Shown here: one piece after another, positions 41,613 to 52,530 of the stretch
Layout: each line of letters starts with the position of its first letter
How positions within the stretch are numbered: position 1 is the first letter of the stretch
NCBI GenBank assembly: GCA_963733035.1
Contig: CAVTBU010000006.1
Coordinates: forward strand, 576,001 to 640,000
From: Pirellulales bacterium
GTDB lineage: Bacteria; Planctomycetota; Planctomycetia; Pirellulales; PALSA-1355
DNA: 64,000 nucleotides
Direction: 5' to 3'
Made by a program: the position numbers and the translations under genes
The notes under the pieces: model-generated
Seen by the model: the letters and a program-made list of their open reading frames with translations, nothing else
Database searches by the model: none
What the model was told of the DNA's origin: nothing

Positions 41613-42359
41613 CTACCGCATCGCTAAGCAATCGGCGGGAATGAGACGCCCATCGTGAAGGGCCGAGGCTACGAGTACCGCGTCGCAGCCGGCGCGGGCT
41701 AGCGACTCGACGTCGTCCACCGAGCGCACTCCGCCCCCGGCGATAATTTCCAATTGCGGATCGAGGCTGCGCAGATTACGGCACAACAGCTCAGTGCCCA
41801 CGCCGCCGCCCATACCAACCCGAGCCAAGTCGAGCACGATCATTCGGCGCACGCCCACCCGAAGCGCGATCGTGGCGATTTGCTCAGACGACAACCCGTG
41901 CCAAGCGGGGGTGGTCGCTAGGGGAATGCCAGCTTTCATATCGAGACTGAAGATGAGGCGCTGCGGTCCAACGATACGGCAGATGGCATCCAGCGTTTGC
42001 GGCGCGTCGAGCGATTCGAGTCCCGCCACGATTCCCGTCAGCGGCTGACCATCGACAAGCATCGCGGACAGCTCCCGAGCCTCCGCCACACTCCGTAGGC
42101 CCGCGTCTAGCATTAGCTCCAAGCCCAAAAAGGTATCCGGTACCCGTTTCGTAAGTGGTCCTTGATCGCCACGTTCGATGGCATCCAGATCGGCAACGTA
42201 CGCCTGGCTAAAGCCGAGAGTCGCGAAAGCTTGTGCGACGGATCGGGGGCGTGCATCCGCGCAGAGCCGGCTTTCAATGGGTCGATACTCGTCGCGCCTT
42301 CCTCCAACGCCTCGTACGACTTGTCCGTCCTTCAGGTCGATGACTGGAATGACACGCAC
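41613..42359 (-). CDS. HisA/HisF-related TIM-barrel protein (type linked to H4MPT-dependent C1 genes)
   Basis: VIPVIDLKDGQVVRGVGGRRDEYRPI, YVADLDAI, LDLARVG, GGGVRS, LVASALHDG. Confidence 0.8.
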   Translation of the reverse strand: MRVIPVIDLKDGQVVRGVGGRRDEYRPIESRLCADARPRSVAQAFATLGFSQAYVADLDAIERGDQGPLTKRVPDTFLGLELMLDAGLRSVAEARELSAMLVDGQPLTGIVAGLESLDAPQTLDAICRIVGPQRLIFSLDMKAGIPLATTPAWHGLSSEQIATIALRVGVRRMIVLDLARVGMGGGVGTELLCRNLRSLDPQLEIIAGGGVRSVDDVESLARAGCDAVLVASALHDGRLIPADCLAMR

Positions 42360-42405
42360 GGCAGGTTGGATTCCAACGGAAGTCGCGCTGCACGTTGATG
42401 AGCGC

Positions 42406-44040
42406 TCAGGGAAGCACGCTTTGCTCGCGATAGAGGGGCATGTGGCGATAGTATACTTCCAGAATCATCGCCGACATGGCGGTGCAGTACAAGCGGCCAC
42501 CGGCGCCAGAGCCCTGGTCGGCGCCATCGAAGTACCAGCTACCCAATTCGTGTCCTTTGTGCGACTGAGATTTTACCAGGTAGTCGCGCATGACATCGTT
42601 CCAACGCTTCCACGGGTCTCCACCCCAATGGTGCATGACCTGCGTGGCGTAGTAGTCGTAGTACAAGTTATTTCGGAGACCCGTGCTATTGATCGACGGG
42701 CCAAACTGGCTCAGCATGCGTACCCCACGTTCCAGCCCACGATGGTTGTGATCCCATCCGAGATACATGCGGCACAACAGTCCGATGGCAGTGGTGGAAG
42801 GCCGCCGGGATTCAGGTCTTTGGTAACCGTAAGTAGCGCCCCGCATATCTTGCACGGAGTCGAGGAAGTAATTGGTCTTGTGCAACGTGACTCGCGGTAC
42901 GTCGAGGTACGCCATCTGCGCGCTCTTGAGCGCCATCAATTGCCAGCCAACCACCGAAGTGTCACCCGGGGTCTGCGGATAGTAACGCCAACCGCCGCCG
43001 ATGGGGTCTTGGGCCTTGACAATGAAGTTTACGACTGACTGGGCCGGCCCGCGCAGCGACTGCTCGTGCGTCATGCCGTAGGCTTCGCACAAGGCGATGG
43101 ACGCCAATCCGTGGCCGTACATCCTGCCGTGCGGATCCCACAGGCTGCCGACTTTCCCTTCGTGTTTGATGCTGCGGACCAGGAACTTCAATCCTCGTTC
43201 GATGTTCTGCTTGTGCACGCCTTGAAACTGGGTTTGTCCAGTGCCCAGGAAGGGGAGCAGTGCCATGCCGGTGGCGGCAATCTTACCGGGCGTATAGCCA
43301 GGATCTCCGCACTGTCCGTTGCACTTGGGGTGCCTGTCGTGCTGGAACGACCAACTGCCGTCATATTCCTGGTGCTCGGCTAACCATATGAGTGCCAGCC
43401 TCACGGCCTCTTCGCTTTGTGGCGTGCCGCCGCCGGACTGCACAAGCGCCTGCCGCAGGTCGCCGTTGAGACGCAGGGCCAAGCCGTTGCCGCCGACGCC
43501 GGCCAAGAGAGCTTCGGTGTCGACGATTGCCCCGGTGGTTGCCAGTTCACCGCCGGGCAGAATCGGCACGACAGGGCCCAGTTCGGTGGCCGTGGGCGGT
43601 AGTTCGGCCAGGGGTGCCGGGAGCAGCGGATCGGCCGTATCGAGATCGGCCGGCGCCTCAATCAGCGATGGCTCAAGCAAATCTGGTTCGACGTCACGTG
43701 GACCAGTGCCAGCGACGGTGACCTCCAGCGACGGGCTGGCGTCCGGCATTGCGGTGAGCGTGGTCAGAAGTGCCAACGATAAGACCAAGAGTAGGTGGAC
43801 GACCGTGCTGGCAAGCCAACTCGGGGCATATAGCCAAACTTCTCCAGCCGTGGTCGCATTGTCTTCCGCGGCTGCGCCCGTGTTGATTTCAGCACGCAGG
43901 GAATCGGGAGTCGGCGGAAAGGGCACTAGAGGCGGAGGAATCTTGCTGCCCACCGATAGCCGTGGACGCTGAACGCCGACGATCTCACCGCTGCCCGCAG
44001 CGGCGGCTTGCGAGTCGGCCAGCGGAGAGCAGTCGCTCAT
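42406..44040 (-). CDS. Prenyltransferase/squalene oxidase repeat protein with N-terminal membrane anchor
   Basis: SWLASTVVHLLLVL anchor; WLAEHQEYDGSW, MYGHGLASIAL, AQDPIGGGWRY, DTSVVGWQLMALKS, LEVYYRH. Confidence 0.85.
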   Translation of the reverse strand: MSDCSPLADSQAAAAGSGEIVGVQRPRLSVGSKIPPPLVPFPPTPDSLRAEINTGAAAEDNATTAGEVWLYAPSWLASTVVHLLLVLSLALLTTLTAMPDASPSLEVTVAGTGPRDVEPDLLEPSLIEAPADLDTADPLLPAPLAELPPTATELGPVVPILPGGELATTGAIVDTEALLAGVGGNGLALRLNGDLRQALVQSGGGTPQSEEAVRLALIWLAEHQEYDGSWSFQHDRHPKCNGQCGDPGYTPGKIAATGMALLPFLGTGQTQFQGVHKQNIERGLKFLVRSIKHEGKVGSLWDPHGRMYGHGLASIALCEAYGMTHEQSLRGPAQSVVNFIVKAQDPIGGGWRYYPQTPGDTSVVGWQLMALKSAQMAYLDVPRVTLHKTNYFLDSVQDMRGATYGYQRPESRRPSTTAIGLLCRMYLGWDHNHRGLERGVRMLSQFGPSINSTGLRNNLYYDYYATQVMHHWGGDPWKRWNDVMRDYLVKSQSHKGHELGSWYFDGADQGSGAGGRLYCTAMSAMILEVYYRHMPLYREQSVLP

Positions 44041-44341
44041 AGTCCAAACCCCCAACCTCTCGAGATCTCTCTTCCTAGCTTCCAGTTTAAGTAAACGGCG
44101 GGCTTCGGAGTACGAGGTTTTCCGCGAAACTTGCCAAAAAGAGACGGGGCGACCAGTTCCTCGGAATCGTTTCACCTCGTGCGATTAGGGCAGATTTCTG
44201 GCCCATAGCTCGTGTACGGCGGCATCGTGGGGAGAAGAAACGCCCCTGGCAAGGTAGGGTCCCGGCGCGGTAGAATTCGGTTCGCCCAAATCGAGCGGCC
44301 CGCATAGGGGCGTTGGTCCTTTTTGAAGTGGAAGCAGTCGG

Positions 44342-44506
44342 ATGGCTAAGAGCAAAAAGAAAGTCGAAACCGTGTTCCTCGTTTGCGAAGAGACGGGCGA
44401 CTACAACTACACGATCCGTCGCAAGCCGGGGGGCGAAAAGCTGAAGCTGTCCAAGTTCAGCCCGCGACTCCGCAAGCACACGACGCACGTTGAGAAAAAG
44501 AAGTAA
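44342..44506 (+). CDS. rpmG: 50S ribosomal protein L33
   Basis: Below the ORF-track cutoff; translates as MAKSKKKVETVFLVCEETGDYNYTIRRKPGGEKLKLSKFSPRLRKHTTHVEKKK. Confidence 0.95.
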   Translation: MAKSKKKVETVFLVCEETGDYNYTIRRKPGGEKLKLSKFSPRLRKHTTHVEKKK

Positions 44507-44549
44507 GCCCTGCCTGCGTGGTTGAAATTGGTGGCGCGGTAACAACGAC

Positions 44550-44576
44550 AAGGATGCGCCTATGGGGCGCATCCTT
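44550..44576. terminator. Hairpin between convergent rpmG and gcvPB (possible bidirectional terminator)
   Basis: Perfect 11-bp stem AAGGATGCGCC-tatgg-GGCGCATCCTT; no long U tract. Confidence 0.55.
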
Positions 44577-44617
44577 ACTACTTGCGCAATCGGTACGCAG
44601 AAACTCGCGGCCGATCG

Positions 44618-46075
44618 CTATCCCTTTGCCGACCAGGCCACGACGGGCTGCCTGGCCGCACGAACCTCGTCGGGTCGGCTGATGGTTGTCGTGTGCGGGG
44701 CCTCGTGCAGCAATTCCGCTGGTTCTTCCGTGATGCGGAACAGCGTCTGGGCAAATGCGTCGAGCGTTTCCTTGGTTTCGGTTTCTGTCGGCTCGATCAT
44801 CATCGCTTCGCGAACAATCGGCGGGAAGTAAACCGTGGGGGCGTGAAAACCATAGTCCAACAGTCGCTTAGCGATGTCCATGGCCGACACGCCGCGGTCG
44901 CTTTTCAACTTGGCACCGCTGGCCACGAATTCGTGCATGCATCGGTCTCCCTGCGGCACTGGAAAGATGTGTTTTACCTTCGAAAGCAGGTAGTTCGCAT
45001 TGAGTACGGCATTCTCGCTCACGCGCCGTAGGCCGTCCGGTCCGTGTGTACGGATGTAGCAATACGCCCGTACCAGCACGCCGACATTGCCAAAGAACGA
45101 GCGTACTCGCCCGATCGAGTGCGGGCGATCGAAGTCCAGTCGGAAGCCGGCCTCGTCGCGCGCGATGCCCGGTACCGGCAGATAGGGTTCGAGCGCCCGC
45201 GTGACCGCAATCGGACCAGCGCCTGGCCCGCCGCCGCCGTGCGGGCCACTGAATGTCTTGTGCGGGTTGAAATGCATCATGTCCGCACCAAAGTCGCCGG
45301 GCCGAGAGATGCCCAGGATGGCGTTCATGTTCGCGCCGTCGAGGTAAATCAGACCGCCAGCTTCGTGTACGCGGTTGGCAATTTCGGCAATCTGACGATC
45401 GAACATCCCCAGCGTGTTCGGATTGGTAATCATGAAGACGGCGGTCTGTTCGTCGAGCTTGCTCTCCAGATCGGCCATGTCGACGTATCCGTCCGGCGTG
45501 CTCTTGACGGTCACGGTATCGAAGCCCGCCATCTTGGCGCTGGCCGGATTCGTGCCGTGGGCGCTGTCGGGCGCAAGCACCTTGGTGCGCGGTTGGCCCA
45601 ACTTCTTGAAGTGAGCCGCGGCCACCTGCAGCGCGGTCATTTCGCCCTGTGCGCCGGCAGCTGGTTGCAGCGAGACGGCCGGCAAGCCTGCGATTTCGGC
45701 CAGCATTTCCTGCAGCCCATAGAGCAGTTCCAACAGCCCTTGCAGTGTATCGAGCGGCTGATAGGGATGCAGGTCGACGAGGCCCGGCAGACTCGCCAGG
45801 CGCTCGTTACGCTTGGGGTTGTACTTCATCGTGCACGAACCCAATGGATAGAAATGCGTGTCGACTGACATGTTTTGTGTCGACAGGTTCGTGAAGTGGC
45901 GTACCAGCTCTGGTTCCGTCAGTTCTGGCAGCGGCGGCGGGGCAGTGCTGATTGCCTGGCTCGGCAGGAGTTCGTTGAGAGGCACTTCCGGCACGTCAGC
46001 TTTGGGCAGTCGAACACCACGGCGGCCAGGTTTCGAAAGTTCGAACAGCAGTTGAGTTGCTCGGGTATTACGCAT
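44618..46075 (-). CDS. gcvPB: Glycine dehydrogenase subunit 2
   Basis: YPLGSCTMKYNP, AHGTNPASA, NPHKTFSGPHGGGGPG, IEPTETE. Confidence 0.96.
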   Translation of the reverse strand: MRNTRATQLLFELSKPGRRGVRLPKADVPEVPLNELLPSQAISTAPPPLPELTEPELVRHFTNLSTQNMSVDTHFYPLGSCTMKYNPKRNERLASLPGLVDLHPYQPLDTLQGLLELLYGLQEMLAEIAGLPAVSLQPAAGAQGEMTALQVAAAHFKKLGQPRTKVLAPDSAHGTNPASAKMAGFDTVTVKSTPDGYVDMADLESKLDEQTAVFMITNPNTLGMFDRQIAEIANRVHEAGGLIYLDGANMNAILGISRPGDFGADMMHFNPHKTFSGPHGGGGPGAGPIAVTRALEPYLPVPGIARDEAGFRLDFDRPHSIGRVRSFFGNVGVLVRAYCYIRTHGPDGLRRVSENAVLNANYLLSKVKHIFPVPQGDRCMHEFVASGAKLKSDRGVSAMDIAKRLLDYGFHAPTVYFPPIVREAMMIEPTETETKETLDAFAQTLFRITEEPAELLHEAPHTTTISRPDEVRAARQPVVAWSAKG

Positions 46076-47426
46076 GGATGGCTGCCATTTGGTTCAGACA
46101 GCCCACCAGGCCGTCGATTTCTTCACGTGTGCGGCGTTCTGTCACCGACACCAAAAAACAATCGTCCAATTCCTCGTACCAGCGGCCCAGCGGCACGCCG
46201 GCCAGATAGCCTGCTTCGCAAGCTCGAGCGAGCAATTCGTCGACATTGTCCCCCTTGGCTCGCACAACGAACTCCTTGAACGTTGGCAACTCGAAAGCCT
46301 GCTCGAATCCTCCGTCGCCGATTATTTGCTTGGCCGCGTAATGCGAACGCCGCAAGCACAATTCGGCAGTTTCACGAAGTCCTTGCGGACCCAATGCTGC
46401 CAGATAAACAGTTGCTCGCAAGGCGAACAGGCCCTGGTTCGTACAGATGTTGCTCGTGGCTTTTTCGCGGCGAATGTGCTGTTCACGGGTTTGCAGCGTA
46501 AGCACAAAACATCGCTTGCCGCGACGATCGACTGTCTCACCGGCGATCCGGCCCGGCATCCGCCGCACAAACTGCTCGCGACAGGCGAGGATGCCAAGGT
46601 ACGGCCCACCAAAAGACATCGGACTGCCCAAACTCTGACCCTCCGCTACAACGATGTCGGCGCCGTAGTCGCCCGGCCGCTTGAGAAGGCCAAGACTGAT
46701 CGGATCGACCGATACGGCTAGCAGAGCTCCAGCCTCGTGCGCCAGGTTGGCAATTGCATCCACCGGTTCCAGACAACCGAAGAAATTCGGATGCTGCACC
46801 AGTACGCACGCCGTGTCGCGATTGACGGCTTTGGCGAGTTGGTCGGGCGTGACGGCTCCCTCAGGCGTGCCGACCGTAACCAGTTCGATATCAAGATTTG
46901 CCAAGTAGGTCGCTAGAATCTGTCGGTATTCCGGATGCACGCTAGCCGTGGTCACGACACGTCCGTGACGCCCCGTAGCGCTTACCGCCATCAGCACGGC
47001 TTCCGCCGCGGCGCTGCCCCCGTCGTACAAGCTGGCGTTCGACACGTCCATGCCCGTCAGCTGAGTGATCAGCGTTTGGTATTCGAAGAAGACTTGCAGA
47101 TTGCCTTGGCTGGCTTCTGGCTGGTAGGGTGTGTACGAGGTGTAGAATTCGCCGCGCGAGGCGACGTAGTCGACGATCGCCGGAATAAAATGGTCGTAAC
47201 TGCCACCTCCCAGGAAGCAGATCTTTTCGCCGGCGGGAGCGTTCTTTTTTGCGAGCGAGTCGAGATGGGCCGTGAGCTCGACCTCGGTGAGTGCCGGCGG
47301 AATATCGAGTGGGCCCTTGAGCCGCAACTCTGGTGGAATCGAGTCGAAAAGCTCGTCGAGGCTGGCCAGTCCGATCGCATCGAGCATCGCCCGTTGATCG
47401 TCGGCCGTGTTGGAAATGTATGGCAT
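46068..47426 (-). CDS. gcvPA: Glycine dehydrogenase subunit 1
   Basis: YTPYQPEASQG, SNASLYDG, TREQHIRREKATSNICTNQ. Confidence 0.96.
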   Translation of the reverse strand: MPYISNTADDQRAMLDAIGLASLDELFDSIPPELRLKGPLDIPPALTEVELTAHLDSLAKKNAPAGEKICFLGGGSYDHFIPAIVDYVASRGEFYTSYTPYQPEASQGNLQVFFEYQTLITQLTGMDVSNASLYDGGSAAAEAVLMAVSATGRHGRVVTTASVHPEYRQILATYLANLDIELVTVGTPEGAVTPDQLAKAVNRDTACVLVQHPNFFGCLEPVDAIANLAHEAGALLAVSVDPISLGLLKRPGDYGADIVVAEGQSLGSPMSFGGPYLGILACREQFVRRMPGRIAGETVDRRGKRCFVLTLQTREQHIRREKATSNICTNQGLFALRATVYLAALGPQGLRETAELCLRRSHYAAKQIIGDGGFEQAFELPTFKEFVVRAKGDNVDELLARACEAGYLAGVPLGRWYEELDDCFLVSVTERRTREEIDGLVGCLNQMAAIHA

Positions 47427-47518
47427 GGAGGCGTCTGACGTCGGTAGGACGTGATGGGTGACTATGTGCTTGTGCAATGGACTTGGTCAAACTACTAGGT
47501 TCTCACCACATACCATTC

Positions 47519-47917
47519 CTAGTGTCCTTCCTCGGCACACTGCTTTTCGTAGTCGGCATGCGACAGGAGTTTCTTCAGGTCCGCTTCGTCGCTGAGCTTG
47601 ATCTTCAGGATCCAGCCTTCGCCGTAGGGATCATCGTTGAGTTTCGAGAGCTGATCTGGCAGGCTGCCGTTAACGTCGACAATCTCGCCGCTCACAGGGC
47701 TGTAGATGTCGCTCACGGCTTTGACGCTTTCGATCTCCCCGATCGATTCACCGGCTTTCACTTGGCGGCCAGCCTGAGGCAGCTCGAGGTAAACCAGGTC
47801 GGTCAGCGCTTCGACGGCAAAATGCGAAATGCCGACAGTGGCAATTGGCTGGCCGCCGTCGCGGTCGACGTGGACCCATTCGTGTGTCTTGGCATAGAGC
47901 AAATCTTGCGGCTGCAC
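47519..47917 (-). CDS. gcvH: Glycine cleavage system H protein
   Basis: THEWV, IESVKAVSD lipoyl motif, NDDPYGEGW. Confidence 0.96.
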   Translation of the reverse strand: MQPQDLLYAKTHEWVHVDRDGGQPIATVGISHFAVEALTDLVYLELPQAGRQVKAGESIGEIESVKAVSDIYSPVSGEIVDVNGSLPDQLSKLNDDPYGEGWILKIKLSDEADLKKLLSHADYEKQCAEEGH

Positions 47918-47946
47918 GGCGTCGAATCCTTGTGACAGAGGGGTGA

Positions 47947-49058
47947 TCAATTCGTTCGCTTGTAAAACGGCAGTTCGACCGTACGGGCCGGTTCGTGGCT
48001 GCCACGAATGTCGATGGTCACTTCGGTCCCGGGGTCGGCATGCGATTGCGCGATGTAACCCATCGCGATCGGCTTGCCGAGCGTCGGAGAAAACGTGCCG
48101 CTGGTCACGCGGCCGACCGTCTCATCGTCGACGAGGACCGAATAGCCTTCGCGCGGCACTCGTTTGCCTTGCAGTTCCCAACCTACGCGCACCGGAAGCT
48201 TCGTGTCGCCCCGGCGCTCGGCGAGCGCATCGCAGCCGGGAAAATGCCGATCCTTGAGGTTCACAGCAAAGTTCAGTCCGGCCTGTAGGGGGTCGATTTT
48301 CTCGTTGAGTTCGTGACCATACAGCGGCATGCCGGCTTCTAGCCGAAGGGTGTCTCGGGCGCCCAACCCGGCCGCCATGCCGCCAACTTTCTCTGCCGCA
48401 CCGACGAGAGTTTCCCAAATCTCCCTGGCTGCTTCGGCCGGCAAAATCAACTCGCAGCCGTCCTCGCCGGTGTATCCGGTGCGGCTTACGAGGCCAGCGT
48501 GGCCGCCGATCTCGCTCTCGGCACCATGGTAGTAGCGCAGCGACGCAGGGTCCGTGCTCGACAGCGGAGCGACAATCTCCAAGGCCTTGGGACCTTGCAC
48601 GGCAATCATGGCCGTATCCGTGGTTGTGTCGTGAATTTCGACTTCCGAGCCGTCTCGGTGCGTGTGCAACCACTCGACAATCTTCTCACGATTGCCGGCG
48701 TTTACGACCAGCTCGTAGTAGTTCGCGCCCGCGAGTGCAGCAGGTGGTAGACAAGCACATCGTCCAGAATTCCGCCAGATTCGTTCGTAACTAAAGCGTA
48801 GCGAATTCGACCAGGCTGCATGCCAGCGACGCGACGAGTGACGATGCGGTCGAGAAAGGCTTCGGACCCGGGACCTTCAAAGCGAACGCGGCCCATGTGT
48901 GAGACGTCGAACAATCCGACGGCCGTTCGCGTGGCATTGTGTTCAGCCACAATCGAGGAGTACTGTACCGGCATCGACCAACCCGCGAAGTCGACCAGCC
49001 GCCCACCATGCAAAGCATGCCAATCGTGCAGCGGCGTTTGCGCAAGGGTGCTGGTCAT
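47947..49058 (-). CDS. gcvT: Glycine cleavage system T protein (frameshift near 48735)
   Basis: FAGWSMPVQY, FDVSHMG, SRTGYTGEDG, GLGARDTLRLEAG, TSGTFSPTL. Confidence 0.93.
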
Positions 49059-49213
49059 CCGGGCTTCTAAGCTCCCAGAAGGTACGAACGGACTTTCGCC
49101 CCTTAAGGACCGCACGGGATCCAATCGGCGTTCGAGAGTCCACGAGATGCCAAAACAATCACGTCAGCAGGTATTGTAGCGGTCTCGGCGAGCGTGCCTA
49201 GGGTGCGAACCCG

Positions 49214-51466
49214 CTACCGCCGTTTCTTGCTTCCAGACTTGTTCTTGCCTTTTTCTTTGTCCTTCTTGGCCTTTCGCTCTTTCTTACTACCGATACGGCT
49301 CTTGCGGGATTGGCTTTTTTCGCGGGCGACAATCCGGAAGTCGAGTTCGCGGCGATCGACATCAACACGGGCGACAGTTATGGTCACGTGATCGCCAAGC
49401 TGATAGCGATTGCCGGCCCGATGTCCCGTCAGCGTGTGCGAGCCGCGGTCGAAGCGATAGAAGTCGTCTTGCAGGGAGCTGATATGCACCAGGCCTTCGG
49501 CCGGTAGTTCAACGCCTTGCACGAACAAGCCAAACTCTTCGACGCCGGTGACCACTGCGTCAAGCTTGAGGCCGACTCGCGAACTGAGATACTCGAGCAG
49601 CTTGACCTTCGTCAGTTCTCGTTCGGCGGATTCCGCCCGACGTTCGCGGTCGCTGCAGTGTTCGCCGACGACCGCCAATTCGCCAAAGTCGTTACGCGGC
49701 TTTTTGCCCGAGAGCAATTGATCGAGCAGCCGGTGGATTGTTAGATCGGGATAGCGGCGAATGGGCGAGGTAAAATGCGTGTAACACTCGCTGGCCAACG
49801 CATAGTGACCTTCCTTCTCGGGACTATAGACGGCCCGCTGCAGGCTGCGGAGCAGGGCGAAGTTGACGGCTCGCTCCTCGGGTTGGCCGTGCACATCGGC
49901 CAGCAGCTTTTGCAATTCGAAGCGACTTTCAAGACTCTCGACCTGAAAACCCATGCCGGTTACGAATTCGGTAAGCGCCTTGAGCTTTCGGGGATCGGGC
50001 GCCATGTGCACGCGGCGAATGAACTCGAGCTCTGCCTTCTCGAGGTATTCGGCCACGGATTCGTTCGCGGCCAACATGAAGTCTTCGATGATCTTGTGGC
50101 TTTCAGTATTTTGGACAAGGTGGGCGCCGCTCACCCGACCATCGGCATCCAGATCAACTTTCACCTCGGGCATCGTCAGTTCGAGCCCGCCGCGACGATA
50201 CCGCCGTTGGCGCAGCACCGCAGCCAGTTTTTGCATCCGGCCGAGAAGCGAATGCACCTTGGAATCGAGTTTTGAGTGCCAGCCGTCGGGGTCAGCAAGA
50301 TACGCGTCGACTTCCTCGTACGTGAAGCGACGGCGGCTCTTGATTGCCCCGGACATTGGCTCCACGTGCACAGGCACGCCATCGGGCGTGTATTCGATGA
50401 AAACGCTCTTGGTGTACCGCACCTTGTCGGGTTGCAGGCTGGCGAGGCCGTTGGAGATGATCTCGGGAATCATCGGAATCACGCGGTCGGGTAAATAGGT
50501 GCTCGTGCCGCGGGAATACGCCTCGCGGTCGAGCGCCGTATCGGGCCGCACGAAGTGCGATACGTCGGCAATATGGACGCCGAGCCACCAGTGCCCCTTG
50601 TCATTGATTTCGAGCGACACTGCGTCATCGAAGTCGCGGGCATCGACCGGATCGATGGTAATCGTGACCAAGTCTGTCAGGTCGTTGCGCCCCTCCCCAA
50701 TCCTCTCGTCGAACAGGTCGGCTTGGTGGCGAGATTCCTCGACAGCATCTTCCGCGAAGTGTTCTGGCAAGTTGAACTCGCGAATGATTGACAGCGTATC
50801 GATGCCCGGCTCGCCGCGCTGGCCGAGGATCTCGCTGACCACGCCTTCGCCCTGGTGGGCATGCGTGGGAAAGCGAACCATTTCGATCACGACCTTGTCG
50901 TCGGCCTTGGGGCGTTTGACGCCGGGGTCGCCCAGGATGATTGGCTGGGAAAAAGGCATGCCGTCGACTTGTACGTAAGCTACGCCTCCTTCCTCGAAAT
51001 AAGTGCCGACGAACTGATGCGTTTCTCGCTCGATGATCTCGACGATCTCGCCCTCGGGATTGGGGCGACGCGATTCCGTTTTCTTTTTCAGCCGTACGAG
51101 TACAGTATCGCCCGTGGCCGCGTCGCCGGCATCGTATTTGGAGATGAAGATGTCCTGGGTGCGATCGGCGCCCGGGGCACTGCCGGCGGGACGCACGAAA
51201 CCGAATCCTGCGTCGGCGCGGCGGAACACACCCGTCACGCGGTAGCCCTTCTCCTTGGAAGAAACCGCCGGTGGCGGGCCGAGCAAGTGATTTGCGCCGT
51301 AACTCACCTTGGCATCTTTGACGAGCCGCTTGATCACGCGTTTTAAGTCGCGAGTTTGGTCCTCGTCGAGGTTAAGACGCTGGGCGATCACCCGTGGTTT
51401 CACGGGCCGGTATCCGGGCTGATTGATCAGCTCAAGCAGTTGCTGTTCGATTTCCTCGCTGCGCAC
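49214..51466 (-). CDS. rnr: Ribonuclease R
   Basis: TIDPVDARDFDDA, VHIADVS, HFTSPIRRYPDL, S1 domain, Lys-rich tail. Confidence 0.95.
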   Translation of the reverse strand: MRSEEIEQQLLELINQPGYRPVKPRVIAQRLNLDEDQTRDLKRVIKRLVKDAKVSYGANHLLGPPPAVSSKEKGYRVTGVFRRADAGFGFVRPAGSAPGADRTQDIFISKYDAGDAATGDTVLVRLKKKTESRRPNPEGEIVEIIERETHQFVGTYFEEGGVAYVQVDGMPFSQPIILGDPGVKRPKADDKVVIEMVRFPTHAHQGEGVVSEILGQRGEPGIDTLSIIREFNLPEHFAEDAVEESRHQADLFDERIGEGRNDLTDLVTITIDPVDARDFDDAVSLEINDKGHWWLGVHIADVSHFVRPDTALDREAYSRGTSTYLPDRVIPMIPEIISNGLASLQPDKVRYTKSVFIEYTPDGVPVHVEPMSGAIKSRRRFTYEEVDAYLADPDGWHSKLDSKVHSLLGRMQKLAAVLRQRRYRRGGLELTMPEVKVDLDADGRVSGAHLVQNTESHKIIEDFMLAANESVAEYLEKAELEFIRRVHMAPDPRKLKALTEFVTGMGFQVESLESRFELQKLLADVHGQPEERAVNFALLRSLQRAVYSPEKEGHYALASECYTHFTSPIRRYPDLTIHRLLDQLLSGKKPRNDFGELAVVGEHCSDRERRAESAERELTKVKLLEYLSSRVGLKLDAVVTGVEEFGLFVQGVELPAEGLVHISSLQDDFYRFDRGSHTLTGHRAGNRYQLGDHVTITVARVDVDRRELDFRIVAREKSQSRKSRIGSKKERKAKKDKEKGKNKSGSKKRR

Positions 51467-51545
51467 GGGCGGACCTTTCAATTGGCGACTATCGGCGGCG
51501 CCGGTAGGCACGAGCACCGCGGCGGCTTGGACGGGCTATGGAATT

Positions 51546-52530
51546 CTACCTTCCGGAGCTGCCGCCACGCGGCGCGCCCTTGAACAGTTTTCGGCCCAGA
51601 GCCGGATTATAGTTGGTCCATGAGCTTTCGACGTTCGGGTCGTCGCGCATCAATTGGTCGAAGGCATGTACCTTGGCGTCGAGGTTATCGAGTTGATGCA
51701 GCGCCACCGCTTCGAGCGTCATCGGCAGTTTAGGACTGCCGTATTCGTATTGCCCGTGATGGCTGACGATCATGTGTTTGAGCCGCAGCACGAGTTCCTC
51801 GGGGATCGGTTCTCCGGACAGCCGTTCAACTTCCTTCAATTTGCGGTCGAGAATGCCTACGGCCATTACCAGGTGGCCAATCAGTTGCCCTTCGTCGCTA
51901 TACGCGAAATCGCGTTCGTACGTCAGTTCGTCGATCTTGCCCATGTCATGAAGGAAGGCGCCCATCAACATCAGGTCGGCGTTGATGTTTGGATAGAGCG
52001 GCGTGACCTGTTCGCAGAGCTCCATCAACTTGATCACGTGCTCGATCAGTCCACCCACGTAGGCATGATGGTTTTTCACGCCGGCTGGCGCGGCTGAACT
52101 TCCGCATGAAATCGTCATCCATCAAAAAGCATTCGGCCAGATTCAGCAGGTGCGGGTCGTTCATCTTGCGAAGCATAGACCCGAGCTTGACCACGAACTG
52201 GTCGATCTCTTTCGAGTCAAGGATCATGAAGTCGTCGGTGTTGACTTCGGTCTGAGGAGCCTTGCGGATGCTGGTAGCAATGAGCTGAATCGTGCCCTGG
52301 AAGAGCTGCGTGCAACCCTCGACGCGCACGTAGTCGCCGTTGTCGAAACCACGGTAATCCTGTTCGCTGGCGTTCCACATTCGGGCGCCAATCGATCCGC
52401 TCCGGTCCGACAGGTCGAGTTGCAGGTAGAGGTTGCCGTTACGATTGGGCCGCAGCTGCTTTTCGCTTGCTAGAAAGATTTGATCGATGGATTCCTGATG
52501 AGCTAACTGACTGACGTACCGCCTGGACAT
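51546..52530 (-). CDS. yhaM: 3'-5' exoribonuclease YhaM/Cbf1 family, OB fold plus HD domain (frameshift near 52090)
   Basis: LSDRSGSIGARMW OB fold; HHAYVGGLIEH, LHDMGK, SHHG, DNLDAK. Confidence 0.88.

Noticed and set aside
42406..44040. Squalene-hopene cyclase
   Set aside because: No DXDD catalytic motif and only a single barrel behind a membrane anchor; it fits the common planctomycete prenyltransferase-repeat family.
49059..49213. Glycine riboswitch upstream of gcvT
   Set aside because: I could not find the GGAGA / CCGAAG / CTCTCAGG aptamer elements; only a TACAAT -10-like box and small hairpins.
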